Below are positions 9,376 to 18,435 of a DNA stretch of 64,000 nucleotides, piece after piece (the stretch's first letter is position 1; each line of letters starts with the position of its first letter). The notes under the pieces are model-generated. The model searched no databases, was not told the DNA's origin, and saw nothing but the letters and a program-made list of their open reading frames with translations. The stretch is from an uncultured Gammaproteobacteria bacterium (GTDB lineage: Bacteria; Patescibacteriota; Microgenomatia; Levybacterales; UBA12049). Made by a program: the position numbers and the translations under genes. The stretch is from NCBI GenBank assembly GCA_964490105.1, contig CAZAZU010000001.1:86706-150705 (forward strand). Direction: 5' to 3'.

Positions 9376-9771
9376 ATGGCAAATGAGAGAGATCCATTGT
9401 CAGGATCAGATTTTGAAATTGCAGATTATCATGCTAGAGCTATGGAATACGCAGATAAAGCAGACGGTAGATTACCTCTTGAGCCTGGAGATTCTATAGA
9501 TGCACGCAAATTAATGAATGCGGCGTTTTGTTTTGAGCAGGCAGTATTTTGGCTTATTCCTGACTTAAGAACAATTCCGAGAAGTCAGGCAGCAGTAAAT
9601 GCAGTGAGTCTGGCATTTAGAGGCAGAGATTATGTAGGAGCGATAAGTTTTGGACAAGAGGCCATGGATGACATGGGAATACACATGTCTGAGGTTTCAA
9701 GAACTAGAATTGAACGAATGATTGAAGAATCAATTGATAAAATTATTGCGCCTTCTATCCGCAAGCCATAA
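9376..9771 (+). CDS. Hypothetical helical (TPR-like) protein
   Basis: TTGACA-16-TATAAT-8 nt-ATG; HARAMEYADKA...AFCFE...PRS pattern. Confidence 0.7.
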   Translation: MANERDPLSGSDFEIADYHARAMEYADKADGRLPLEPGDSIDARKLMNAAFCFEQAVFWLIPDLRTIPRSQAAVNAVSLAFRGRDYVGAISFGQEAMDDMGIHMSEVSRTRIERMIEESIDKIIAPSIRKP

Positions 9772-9789
9772 CACAAAAATAAGGGAGCT

Positions 9790-10182
9790 TTAGCTAGAGC
9801 TTTGATCGGGGTTTTTAGAAAGTATTTCTCTTATTTTCTCAATTAATAACTCAGGTTCTGTAGCCTGTTTTAAAAGAAAGAAAGAAGCGCTATTCTTATA
9901 CACCATATCAGTTAATTCATTTGTAGGATCAAGATTTGTTAGTATTATAACCGGCACATTTGCACCCCATTGGTCTTTGCGAAGAGCTTCAAGTACGTTA
10001 ACTCCATTCATCTTTGGCATTCTAACGTCCAGAATTATGACAGATGGATGATTTTCCAAAGCCATTCTTAGTCCCAATTCTCCATCCTTAGCCCAAGCAG
10101 CACCATATCCCTCCGCAAGAATTCTAGTTAAATAAATATCCGCTTGAACTTTATCATCTTCAATTAATAATATTTTAGCCAT
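9790..10182 (-). CDS. Stand-alone response regulator receiver (CheY-like)
   Basis: KILLIEDD, LDVRMP, LTN and K motifs; TTGACA-17-TATATT-7 nt-ATG puts the start at 10182. Confidence 0.9.
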   Translation of the reverse strand: MAKILLIEDDKVQADIYLTRILAEGYGAAWAKDGELGLRMALENHPSVIILDVRMPKMNGVNVLEALRKDQWGANVPVIILTNLDPTNELTDMVYKNSASFFLLKQATEPELLIEKIREILSKNPDQSSS

Positions 10183-10284
10183 TACAGCAAATATATGCTT
10201 AGCGTTGGCATTTGTCAATCAGGGGAGATATACATAAGCAAGGGATTCATGCTATGCTGAATGTAGAGGAGGTAAATAATAAAA

Positions 10285-10491
10285 ATGGCAAATAAAAAGA
10301 AAAACGGCGTAAATCCATTATTAGCAGCAGTGACTGGAATAGTAGTGGGAGCAAGTGCAGCAGTTGTCGGAGTTGTAACTCTTAAAGATAATAAAAATCT
10401 TAAAAATGTGACTGGTGTTGTGAATAATTTAGTAAGTAAAAGCGGAGAACTTACTGGCCTTATCAAAAAAGACGTTAAAAAGAAAAAATAA
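10285..10491 (+). CDS. Small basic single-TM protein (YtxH-like)
   Basis: SD AGGAGGT; hydrophobic G/A/V helix and Lys-rich tail; followed by a terminator. Confidence 0.7.
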   Translation: MANKKKNGVNPLLAAVTGIVVGASAAVVGVVTLKDNKNLKNVTGVVNNLVSKSGELTGLIKKDVKKKK

Positions 10492-10511
10492 CTGAGATAA
10501 AAAGTATTTTT

Positions 10512-10539
10512 AAGAACCGCTTAATAGCGGTTCTTTTTT
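10512..10539. terminator. Intrinsic terminator between convergent genes
   Basis: AAGAACCGC-TTAATA-GCGGTTCTT followed by a T run. Confidence 0.8.
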
Positions 10540-12208
10540 ATATATTGGGGTCTTCGGAGAATTCATCTAGAATTACTTCGTGCTGTTCATGATTCACATC
10601 TCGTCTTAAAGCATCACCTGCAGGTGTCTGAGGAATAGGAGTTAGTGTTGGTAGCGGAGGAGGAAGTGTTTGATTTATATCTCCAACTTTTATAATTTTT
10701 GCTACTGAAGGGACGTCATTATTATTAAGAATAAAAAGCATGTAGTGTCCTGGAGGTGTAGCTCCAGCATTATTCGTAGCTGTTACTTCAATTTCTCCTG
10801 ATCTTTTAACAAAACTTAGGGCATTAATTCGTTGAGACTGATTAAATGAGTGGGTTACAGATCCTAATCTGATCCATCTTACTGTTTTTATGTCAGAAGC
10901 GTCCGGTGTTACAACCTTAAATTTTTGGCCATAATTGACCTGGTTAGGAGCAGAAGCGATAGTAGGGCGAGGTCCTTTAAATAAATATGCCGGAGAATAG
11001 ATCTCCATGCTTGTTCCGCCAACTCTTTCTCCTCCTCCTGAGAAAACTCTCCCGTCAGGAAGAAGAAGAGCTGTTGAATGATAACCTCTATAGACTGTTT
11101 GGGGGGCTACTTTTCTCCAGTTTCCCGTGGTGGAGTTCCAGATCTCAGGAGTTAATACAGCATTCTCGGGTTCATCTTTTACGCCTGAGGTTCCTCCCGT
11201 TACGAGAACTTCGCCTGTCGGGAGAAGAGTTGTATTAGCATGTCTTCTTTTTATAGACATAGAGCCTGTATACATCCATTTTGGTGTCGTAGCTCCTAAG
11301 CTAATTATTTCTGCTGAATTAGTTCCTCCGCCTACTATTAGAATTTTATTATTTGCAAACATTACCGAACTTCCTGCACCCCTTGATACACCATGCCGAG
11401 TTTTAATAATAGGTCCCCATTTACCTGTACCATTTGTATCTAGGATTCTGGTATTTGCTGTATTTCCTGCCATAAATACTTTTCCGCTAGATAATTGATA
11501 CATAAATGGATAAAGTGGCTGTAGTAATTTCGCAGTGCTCAAGGTTCGCCATTTGTTTGTTCTAATATTGTAAACTTGAGGAATTCGGTTATAAACATCT
11601 TTCTCAATTGTTCCTGATGTGGTTAGTAAATCTCCGTTAGTTAAGGTAGTAACAGTTGGATACCACCTTTTGTCGTTCATATTTGCGACTCTTGTCCAGG
11701 AATTAGTAGCAGGATCATAAAAAGAGGCATGCTGAAGCCCAATAGGAGTAACTACATGACCGCCCGGGACAAATAATTTTCCATCTGCAGTTAGAGAATG
11801 ACCTGCACAGAAAATATTATATCCGGCTTTTGGCGCAGCTTCTGTAGCGCCAGTTTCGGGATCCCAAAAATATGCATTATCACCCTCACTTGAAGGCCAA
11901 GTCATTACTTTTCCATTTGGAAGTAGAGAGGTGTGGGTAGCTTTTACTGGAAGCTCTGTTACCTCTGACCACTGACCTACAATAGCAGGGTCTCCTGATT
12001 GAGCAAAAGTATTAGTATTTGTTCCTTTAGTCGTATCTATAATTTTTGGACCCAAGACAGCAGCTATTACTAGAGCAGGTAGTAGTAATATAAATGTACC
12101 CCCAGCTAGTGTCTTTAATTTATGTTGGGACAATTTTTTTAAGAGGTTTGATTTATTAGTTTTTGGAATAATAGAATTAGACTGCGGATTATCTAGAGAA
12201 TCGCTCAT
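10538..12208 (-). CDS. Galactose/glyoxal oxidase-like copper radical oxidase (Kelch propeller plus DUF1929-like domain), TM-anchored
   Basis: FCAGH, RWYPT, RGYHS and THS active-site motifs; PPGHYMLF. Confidence 0.9.
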   Translation of the reverse strand: MSDSLDNPQSNSIIPKTNKSNLLKKLSQHKLKTLAGGTFILLLPALVIAAVLGPKIIDTTKGTNTNTFAQSGDPAIVGQWSEVTELPVKATHTSLLPNGKVMTWPSSEGDNAYFWDPETGATEAAPKAGYNIFCAGHSLTADGKLFVPGGHVVTPIGLQHASFYDPATNSWTRVANMNDKRWYPTVTTLTNGDLLTTSGTIEKDVYNRIPQVYNIRTNKWRTLSTAKLLQPLYPFMYQLSSGKVFMAGNTANTRILDTNGTGKWGPIIKTRHGVSRGAGSSVMFANNKILIVGGGTNSAEIISLGATTPKWMYTGSMSIKRRHANTTLLPTGEVLVTGGTSGVKDEPENAVLTPEIWNSTTGNWRKVAPQTVYRGYHSTALLLPDGRVFSGGGERVGGTSMEIYSPAYLFKGPRPTIASAPNQVNYGQKFKVVTPDASDIKTVRWIRLGSVTHSFNQSQRINALSFVKRSGEIEVTATNNAGATPPGHYMLFILNNNDVPSVAKIIKVGDINQTLPPPLPTLTPIPQTPAGDALRRDVNHEQHEVILDEFSEDPNI

Positions 12209-12277
12209 TAGATATATTTTAAGATTGATTTAAGCAATGTGTCAATAAGAAGTCTACTTCTGTTATAATTAGCCTCA

Positions 12278-13375
12278 ATGAATTTATCTATTGGAATTGT
12301 GGGCTTTCCAAATGTAGGGAAATCCACGCTTTTTAATGCTTTACTAAAACGCCAACAGGCGCTTGTTGCTAATTATCCGTTTGCGACAATTGAACCAAAT
12401 GTCGGAGTTGTTCCAGTTCCTGATTCCCGTTTGGAAAAAATTGCCGAGATAACTCGCGATGAGGAAAAAATGGGGAGTTTGCCTCCGATTAAGCCTGCAA
12501 CTGTTAATTTCGTTGACATCGCGGGCTTAGTGAAAGGAGCTTCGGAGGGAGCAGGTTTGGGCAATAAGTTTCTTTCTCATATTCGTGAAGTCTCTGTTAT
12601 CGCTCATGTAGTCAGAGCTTTTGAAGACTCGGATATTGTAAGAGAAGGTTCGGTGGGAGTTAAAGAAGATTACGAGACAATTAATACAGAGCTTATGCTT
12701 GCAGATATGCAATCAGCTGCGAATCAGGACGGGAGACTTAAAAGTAATGATCCGAAGAAAAACTTATTTGCAAAAATAATTGCAGGCTTGGACAGGGGAA
12801 CACCGGTTAGGGATATTGATTTTACAAAAGAAGAACAAGAAGAGGTAAATAACATGTCATTTCTAACTAATAAACCTGAAATAGTGGTTTTAAATGTTTC
12901 AGAAGCTGATTACGCTTCGGAAAAAATTGACGGAATCTCTAAGGATTATTCAGAAAAATTAAATATAGGAATTGAAAAAGTAGTAGTAATTTCTGCAAAA
13001 ATCGAAGCAGAACTTGCAAGTTTATCTAACGAAGAGCAAGTAGAATATTTAAAAGATTTAGGGCTTGAATTTTCAGGACTTCAAAGATTGATTCAAAAAG
13101 CTTATCAAGAACTTGGTTTAATTTCATTCTTAACAGCAGGGGAGAAAGAGGTAAGAGCCTGGACAATCCGCAAAGGGTTGAATGCTCAGTTAGCGGCAGG
13201 AGAAATTCACACAGACTTTATAAAAAGATTTATAAAAGCAGAAGTCGTAGGGTTTGACGCGTTTGTCGAGTTCTCAGGATGGAAGGGAGCACGCGAAAAT
13301 GGAAAAGCGCAATTAGAAGGACGGGATTACATAATGCGTGACGGTGACGTAGTTGAATTTAAAATCGGAACCTAG
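12278..13375 (+). CDS. ychF: Ribosome-binding ATPase YchF
   Basis: [32 protein letters not shown] domain. Confidence 0.97.
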   Translation: MNLSIGIVGFPNVGKSTLFNALLKRQQALVANYPFATIEPNVGVVPVPDSRLEKIAEITRDEEKMGSLPPIKPATVNFVDIAGLVKGASEGAGLGNKFLSHIREVSVIAHVVRAFEDSDIVREGSVGVKEDYETINTELMLADMQSAANQDGRLKSNDPKKNLFAKIIAGLDRGTPVRDIDFTKEEQEEVNNMSFLTNKPEIVVLNVSEADYASEKIDGISKDYSEKLNIGIEKVVVISAKIEAELASLSNEEQVEYLKDLGLEFSGLQRLIQKAYQELGLISFLTAGEKEVRAWTIRKGLNAQLAAGEIHTDFIKRFIKAEVVGFDAFVEFSGWKGARENGKAQLEGRDYIMRDGDVVEFKIGT

Positions 13376-13962
13376 CTTTTTGATCTCATTTTTCTAATAA
13401 TGTGATGCGCTAGATTATTAACCAGGGGAGTAAGTATTACTAAATAAGCCCATTTTTCCCAAAGAATTTCTAAAGGGTTTGTCTTGTATTTAAATTTTTG
13501 ATAAGTTTGGGGACTTAGTTTTTTCAATTCGTCGTTAACTTTAAAAAAGTCTAAATTTAGCCCTTCTTTTTTAAAAACCATTTTTGCGCGACCGGCAAAT
13601 TCATTAGTGGTCAAACCTATTAATTGATTGAGTCCTAAATTTTTAATTATTTTTTTTACTTCTATTGCATTTTCTATGGTGTCAAATGAATTTTCTTCCA
13701 GGATAATTTTATTTTCAGGAATTTCCGGAAACTTTTTTAATATAAATTCTTTCATAGCCGCCGCTTCGGAAGGAAATTCAACACCTGCAGTTTTGCCGCC
13801 AGAAAAAATAATTTTATTAAAATTACCAGTTTTAAATAAAAAACCTGCTGCAAAAACGCTTAACTCAGACCTGTCAGAAAGAAAGTGGGGAGTTTTTCTT
13901 ATTTTTTCTCTAGTCCAGCCGACTCCGATGTTTTTCCCTAAGACTATTAATGCATCAAACAT
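13372..13962 (-). CDS. YdcF/ElyC (DUF218) family protein
   Basis: DALIVLG, IIFSGG, SEA, EENSFDTIENA. Confidence 0.85.
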   Translation of the reverse strand: MFDALIVLGKNIGVGWTREKIRKTPHFLSDRSELSVFAAGFLFKTGNFNKIIFSGGKTAGVEFPSEAAAMKEFILKKFPEIPENKIILEENSFDTIENAIEVKKIIKNLGLNQLIGLTTNEFAGRAKMVFKKEGLNLDFFKVNDELKKLSPQTYQKFKYKTNPLEILWEKWAYLVILTPLVNNLAHHIIRKMRSKS

Positions 13963-14029
13963 AAAAATATCTTAGCACAATATCTCATTGTTTTTAGCCT
14001 TAATTTATGTTAATATTAACTCTACGAAA

Positions 14030-14302
14030 ATGATTTACCAATTAACTTTAGTCATTAAAACAACTCTAAAAGATGCGGATCAGAAAAAACTACTGGAAAG
14101 CATTAAGTCTGGGTTTGGAAAAGCAAAAATAGAAGAAAAGTCATGGGGCCAAAAAGCTCTTTCATATCCTATTAAAAAAGAAGTATCAGGAGCATTTTTC
14201 AATTGGAATATTGATACCGATGAGGTAATCGAAAAAGACTTTGAAACAAAACTTATAAATAACGATAAGGTTTTAAGACATCTTTTACTTAGGCTTAAAT
14301 AA
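14030..14302 (+). CDS. rpsF: 30S ribosomal protein S6
   Basis: WGQKALSYPIKK and VLRHL motifs; rpsF-ssb-rpsR synteny; ATG at 14030. Confidence 0.93.
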   Translation: MIYQLTLVIKTTLKDADQKKLLESIKSGFGKAKIEEKSWGQKALSYPIKKEVSGAFFNWNIDTDEVIEKDFETKLINNDKVLRHLLLRLK

Positions 14303-14303
14303 T

Positions 14304-14816
14304 ATGGCACGATCACTTAATAGAGTTCAGCTTATCGGAAATCTTACCCGCGATCCAGAACTTAGGTACACTCCACAGGGAACAGCAGTTTGTTCATTTG
14401 GACTGGCAACTAACAGAAGCTGGACAACAGATACGGGAGAGAAAAAAGACGAAGCAGAATTTCATAGAATTGTTGCTTGGAATAAATTAGCAGAACTTTG
14501 CAGTCAGTTTTTAACAAAAGGGAAGAAAGTTTTCGTAGAGGGAAGACTTTCTACACGAACTTGGAGCGCTCAGGATGGTACTCAGAAGTCTACAACTGAA
14601 ATAATTATTTCTGACATGATACTTCTTGATTCAATGGGCACAAAACCAGCTGCAGTAGCTGATAAAGAAGAGGCGGAAGTAGAAGAGGCACCAAAAGAAG
14701 TTAAGAAAAAAGCTAAAAAAGAAGATAAAGAAGAAAAGGAGGAAACGGAGGAAACTCCATCTGAACCAGCTAGTTCAACTAGTGAAGAGGTTGCCCCAGA
14801 TGATATACCTTTTTAA
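14304..14816 (+). CDS. ssb: Single-stranded DNA-binding protein
   Basis: LNRVQLIGNLTRDPELRYT; C-terminal DDIPF. Confidence 0.97.
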   Translation: MARSLNRVQLIGNLTRDPELRYTPQGTAVCSFGLATNRSWTTDTGEKKDEAEFHRIVAWNKLAELCSQFLTKGKKVFVEGRLSTRTWSAQDGTQKSTTEIIISDMILLDSMGTKPAAVADKEEAEVEEAPKEVKKKAKKEDKEEKEETEETPSEPASSTSEEVAPDDIPF

Positions 14817-14823
14817 TTAATAT

Positions 14824-15069
14824 ATGGGAAAAGACAGAAGACCAAGAAAAAGAATATTAAAAGGAGTGCCAAAGAAATGTTTTTTCTGTGAGGAAAGAAA
14901 AACACCTTCTTTTGAAGATGTTTCGACGCTTCAGAGATTTTTGACAGAGAGAGGAAAAATAATTCCTAGAAGTAGAAACGGACTCTGTGCAAAACATCAA
15001 AAAGAGATGACGAAAAACATTAAGTACGCACGACACCTAGCCCTAGTGCCATTTGTTGCAAGAGGATAG
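14824..15069 (+). CDS. rpsR: 30S ribosomal protein S18 (Zn-binding type)
   Basis: CFFC, ERGKIIPRS, CAKHQ, ARHLAL. Confidence 0.95.
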   Translation: MGKDRRPRKRILKGVPKKCFFCEERKTPSFEDVSTLQRFLTERGKIIPRSRNGLCAKHQKEMTKNIKYARHLALVPFVARG

Positions 15070-15090
15070 GTTTTAAGCTATTCTATCTAG

Positions 15091-16347
15091 ATGCATAAGA
15101 CCCCAAGAATCCAATTAGTTCTTGTGATTTTAATCTCACTCTTAGTGGGCTATTACTTTGGGGTAAATAAGATTAACTTTGACTGGAAAGGATTTAAGCC
15201 TCAAATAAGTGTTGCAAGCAAAGAGCCTCCACCCCAGGTAACTAATGTAGATTTCGAGCAATTTTGGACAGTTTGGCAAAAGCTTGAAAAAGATTACTAC
15301 GATAAAACAAAATTAGATCCTCAAAAAATGCTGAACGGAGCTATTTCCGGGATGGTTCAGTCGCTTGATGATCCTTTCACTGTTTATCTTCCACCAGTTC
15401 AAAACGATAACTTTAAGCAGGGGATGGCTGGTCAATTCCAGGGAATTGGAGCAGAGTTAGGAATGAAAGACCAAAAAATAATTGTAATATCTCCTCTTAA
15501 TGGCAGTCCTGCGCAAAAGGCTGGAGTTAGAGCAGGGGATTTTATAGTCGCAGTTAATAAGCAGTCCACAGCTGCTATGACACTTTCTCAGGCTGTTGAA
15601 AAGATAAGAGGAGAAAAGGGAACTACAGTTGAGTTAACTCTTCTGCATAAAGATGAAGAAAAGACGCGAGACGTAAAAATAATTAGAGACGTTATTACGG
15701 TAAAAAGTGTTCAGACCTGGATTAAGAAAGGAAAAGATATTGACTCAATTGAGCTAGATAAGAAATATGACGACTTAAACATAGCATACGTTAGCCTTTC
15801 GCAATTTGGCGATAACACTAATTCAGAGTGGCTGGCCGCAATTAACGACATGAATCTTAAGCTTGGTAAAACTAAGGTAGAAGGTATAATTTTAGATCTT
15901 AGAAATAATCCCGGAGGATATTTAACTGATGCAGTATTTATCTCCTCAGAGTTTGTAGAAGAGGGATCGGATGTAGTGAGTGAAGAAGACGCATCTGGAA
16001 AGTCAACTCTTAAGGCTAACAGAAGAGGATTCTTAACAGAAATACCCGTAGTTGTTCTTATTAATAAAGGATCTGCTTCAGCATCTGAGATAGTTGCTGG
16101 TGCACTTAGAGATAACCAAAGAGCAAAATTAGTTGGAGAGACATCATTTGGAAAAGGAACGATTCAACAAGCAGAGGACTTGGGTGGGGGCGCAGGAATT
16201 CATGTAACGATAGCAAAATGGCTAACTCCAAATGGAACATGGGTAAATGGAGAGGGATTAAAGCCTGACATAGAAGTTAAGCTTGATCCAAAGAGTCCCG
16301 AAAGAGACACCCAGCTTGAAAAAGCAGTACTTGAATTGTTAAAATAA
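15091..16347 (+). CDS. C-terminal processing protease (S41, PDZ)
   Basis: DLRNNPGG, SASASEI, FGKG motifs. Confidence 0.93.
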   Translation: MHKTPRIQLVLVILISLLVGYYFGVNKINFDWKGFKPQISVASKEPPPQVTNVDFEQFWTVWQKLEKDYYDKTKLDPQKMLNGAISGMVQSLDDPFTVYLPPVQNDNFKQGMAGQFQGIGAELGMKDQKIIVISPLNGSPAQKAGVRAGDFIVAVNKQSTAAMTLSQAVEKIRGEKGTTVELTLLHKDEEKTRDVKIIRDVITVKSVQTWIKKGKDIDSIELDKKYDDLNIAYVSLSQFGDNTNSEWLAAINDMNLKLGKTKVEGIILDLRNNPGGYLTDAVFISSEFVEEGSDVVSEEDASGKSTLKANRRGFLTEIPVVVLINKGSASASEIVAGALRDNQRAKLVGETSFGKGTIQQAEDLGGGAGIHVTIAKWLTPNGTWVNGEGLKPDIEVKLDPKSPERDTQLEKAVLELLK

Positions 16348-16354
16348 TCTTCCT

Positions 16355-17494
16355 ATGAGAAGACTCATGCTCCTATTTGTAGTTCTAGCTATTCTTATTC
16401 TAAGCTTTTCGGATCTCGGTGATAAGCTGACATCAAATTTAAATCCCAAGATTGAAGAGAAAAAAGTAGAAAACAGCAGACTAAGAATCCAAAGCGAAGA
16501 ATCGGTAGTTATTGATACAGTTAATAAGGTAGGGCCTTCTGTTGTAACAATTTCCCGCGATCTTCCTCCGCAAGCAAATGCTTATGATCTAGCACCATTT
16601 TCGGTGTTTGGTTTTGATATTCCGGAGGAAACAACAGACCCTCAGCCCCAAAGTATAGGGTCAGGATTTATAGTAAGCGCAGATGGTTTAATTGTTACCA
16701 ATAAACACGTTGTGAGTGATTTAACGGCTAAGTATGAAGTCGTAACAAATAATAACAAGAGATATGAAGTTACCCAAATCTATAGAGACCCTATTAATGA
16801 TATATCAATTTTAAAAATAGATCCTAAGAAAAATCCTGGGCAGGAATTAAAACCTGTTGTTTTAGGAAGTTCTTCAAATCTTCAAGTTGGACAGTTTGTA
16901 ATTGCAATTGGGACCGCGCTAGGTGAATTTCCGAATACTGTTACAACGGGTGTGATTTCCGGATTAGGGCGCGGGATTACGGCGGGTGATTATTTCGATG
17001 CAGAAGAATTAGATAATGTAATCCAAACAGACGCCGCGATTAATCCAGGGAATTCTGGAGGTCCGCTTCTTAATTCATCCTCCGAAGTCATCGGAGTTAA
17101 TACTGCGGTTGCAGCAGGTGGACAGAATATAGGATTTGCATTACCAATAGATACTATTAAAGCCTCAATTGAGAATTTTAATAAAACAGGACAGTTTAAT
17201 AGAGCCTTTTTAGGAGTTTCGTATAGAGTTATCGATGAAGATATAGCAAAGGAAAATGAAATTGTAGAGGGCGCATATATTCAAAGCGTCATATCCGGCT
17301 CACCGGCAGAAAAAGCAGGCCTTACTAGAGGAGACATCGTCACGAAAGTTGATGGCAAAGCTTTATCAGAGAAATTCCAAATCTCAAATGCAGTATCAGG
17401 GAAAAAGGTGGGGGATACAATAGTTCTTGAAGTTTGGAAAGATGGACAAACTAGATCTGTTAGCGCTAAACTGGAATTAGCTCCTTCCCAATAA
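16355..17494 (+). CDS. HtrA/DegP-like serine protease with PDZ domain
   Basis: GSGFI, TNKHV, DAAINPGNSGGPL. Confidence 0.95.
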   Translation: MRRLMLLFVVLAILILSFSDLGDKLTSNLNPKIEEKKVENSRLRIQSEESVVIDTVNKVGPSVVTISRDLPPQANAYDLAPFSVFGFDIPEETTDPQPQSIGSGFIVSADGLIVTNKHVVSDLTAKYEVVTNNNKRYEVTQIYRDPINDISILKIDPKKNPGQELKPVVLGSSSNLQVGQFVIAIGTALGEFPNTVTTGVISGLGRGITAGDYFDAEELDNVIQTDAAINPGNSGGPLLNSSSEVIGVNTAVAAGGQNIGFALPIDTIKASIENFNKTGQFNRAFLGVSYRVIDEDIAKENEIVEGAYIQSVISGSPAEKAGLTRGDIVTKVDGKALSEKFQISNAVSGKKVGDTIVLEVWKDGQTRSVSAKLELAPSQ

Positions 17495-18426
17495 TGATTC
17501 AAACAAATGTTCTTCTAAAAAAACACAGCAATTTTAAAATTGGCGGACCAGCCTCTTTTTTTTATGAATTTAAATCTGAAGAAAGTCTAAAAGAAGCTCT
17601 AACTGAATGGCAGAATTTAAAAAAAGATTTACCAATTTTTATTTTAGGAAAAGGCACTAACATTTTATTTAATGATGATGGATATGATGGGTTAGTTCTT
17701 AAAGATTCAATCAATTTCATAAAAAGAGAAGGAAATATTCTTGAAGTGGGATCAGGAACTTTAGTATCCGAGCTTGTAGGATATTGCTTGCAAAATTCTC
17801 TTTCTGGATTTGAATGGGCAGGAGGACTTCCCGGGACTGTAGGAGGCGGAGTGAGAGGAAATGCCGGTGCTTTCTTAGGAGAAATGAAAGACAGTTTAGT
17901 TGAGGTAACTAGTATAGACGTCAAAACATTGAAGATAAAAATTAGAAATAATACGGATTGTAAATTTAGCTATAGACAAAGTGTTTTTAAAAAAGGGAAT
18001 GGAGAAAACGAAATAATCCTATCAGTAAAGTTTAAGCTTGAAAAAGGAAATAGGGAAGAGATTAAGAAAAAAACTCAGGAAAAAATCGACTATAGAATTG
18101 ACAGGCATCCGCTAGACCTGCCAAACATCGGAAGTACTTTTAAGAATGTTGATGTAAAATCTATTTCAAGAAAAGTTCTAAAGGAATTTGAGGCAAGTAT
18201 AAAACCAGATCCGTTTCCTGTTCTTCCTGTCGCAAAGTTATTAGTGGGCGCGGATTTTAAGGGTAGGGAAATAGGAGGCGCCAAATTTTCAGAAAGACAC
18301 CCGAATTTTATAGTTAATTTTAATAACGCAAAAGCGCGTGATGTCAGGGCGTTAATTGATTTAGCAAAAAAAGAGATTAAAGAAAAATATGACATTTCGC
18401 TTGAAGAAGAAATAATGATCGTATAG
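17494..18426 (+). CDS. murB: UDP-N-acetylenolpyruvoylglucosamine reductase
   Basis: IGGPA, GKGTN, PGTVGG, NAGAF, GSTFKN, HPNF. Confidence 0.95.
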   Translation: MIQTNVLLKKHSNFKIGGPASFFYEFKSEESLKEALTEWQNLKKDLPIFILGKGTNILFNDDGYDGLVLKDSINFIKREGNILEVGSGTLVSELVGYCLQNSLSGFEWAGGLPGTVGGGVRGNAGAFLGEMKDSLVEVTSIDVKTLKIKIRNNTDCKFSYRQSVFKKGNGENEIILSVKFKLEKGNREEIKKKTQEKIDYRIDRHPLDLPNIGSTFKNVDVKSISRKVLKEFEASIKPDPFPVLPVAKLLVGADFKGREIGGAKFSERHPNFIVNFNNAKARDVRALIDLAKKEIKEKYDISLEEEIMIV

Positions 18427-18435
18427 ACTAGATGT

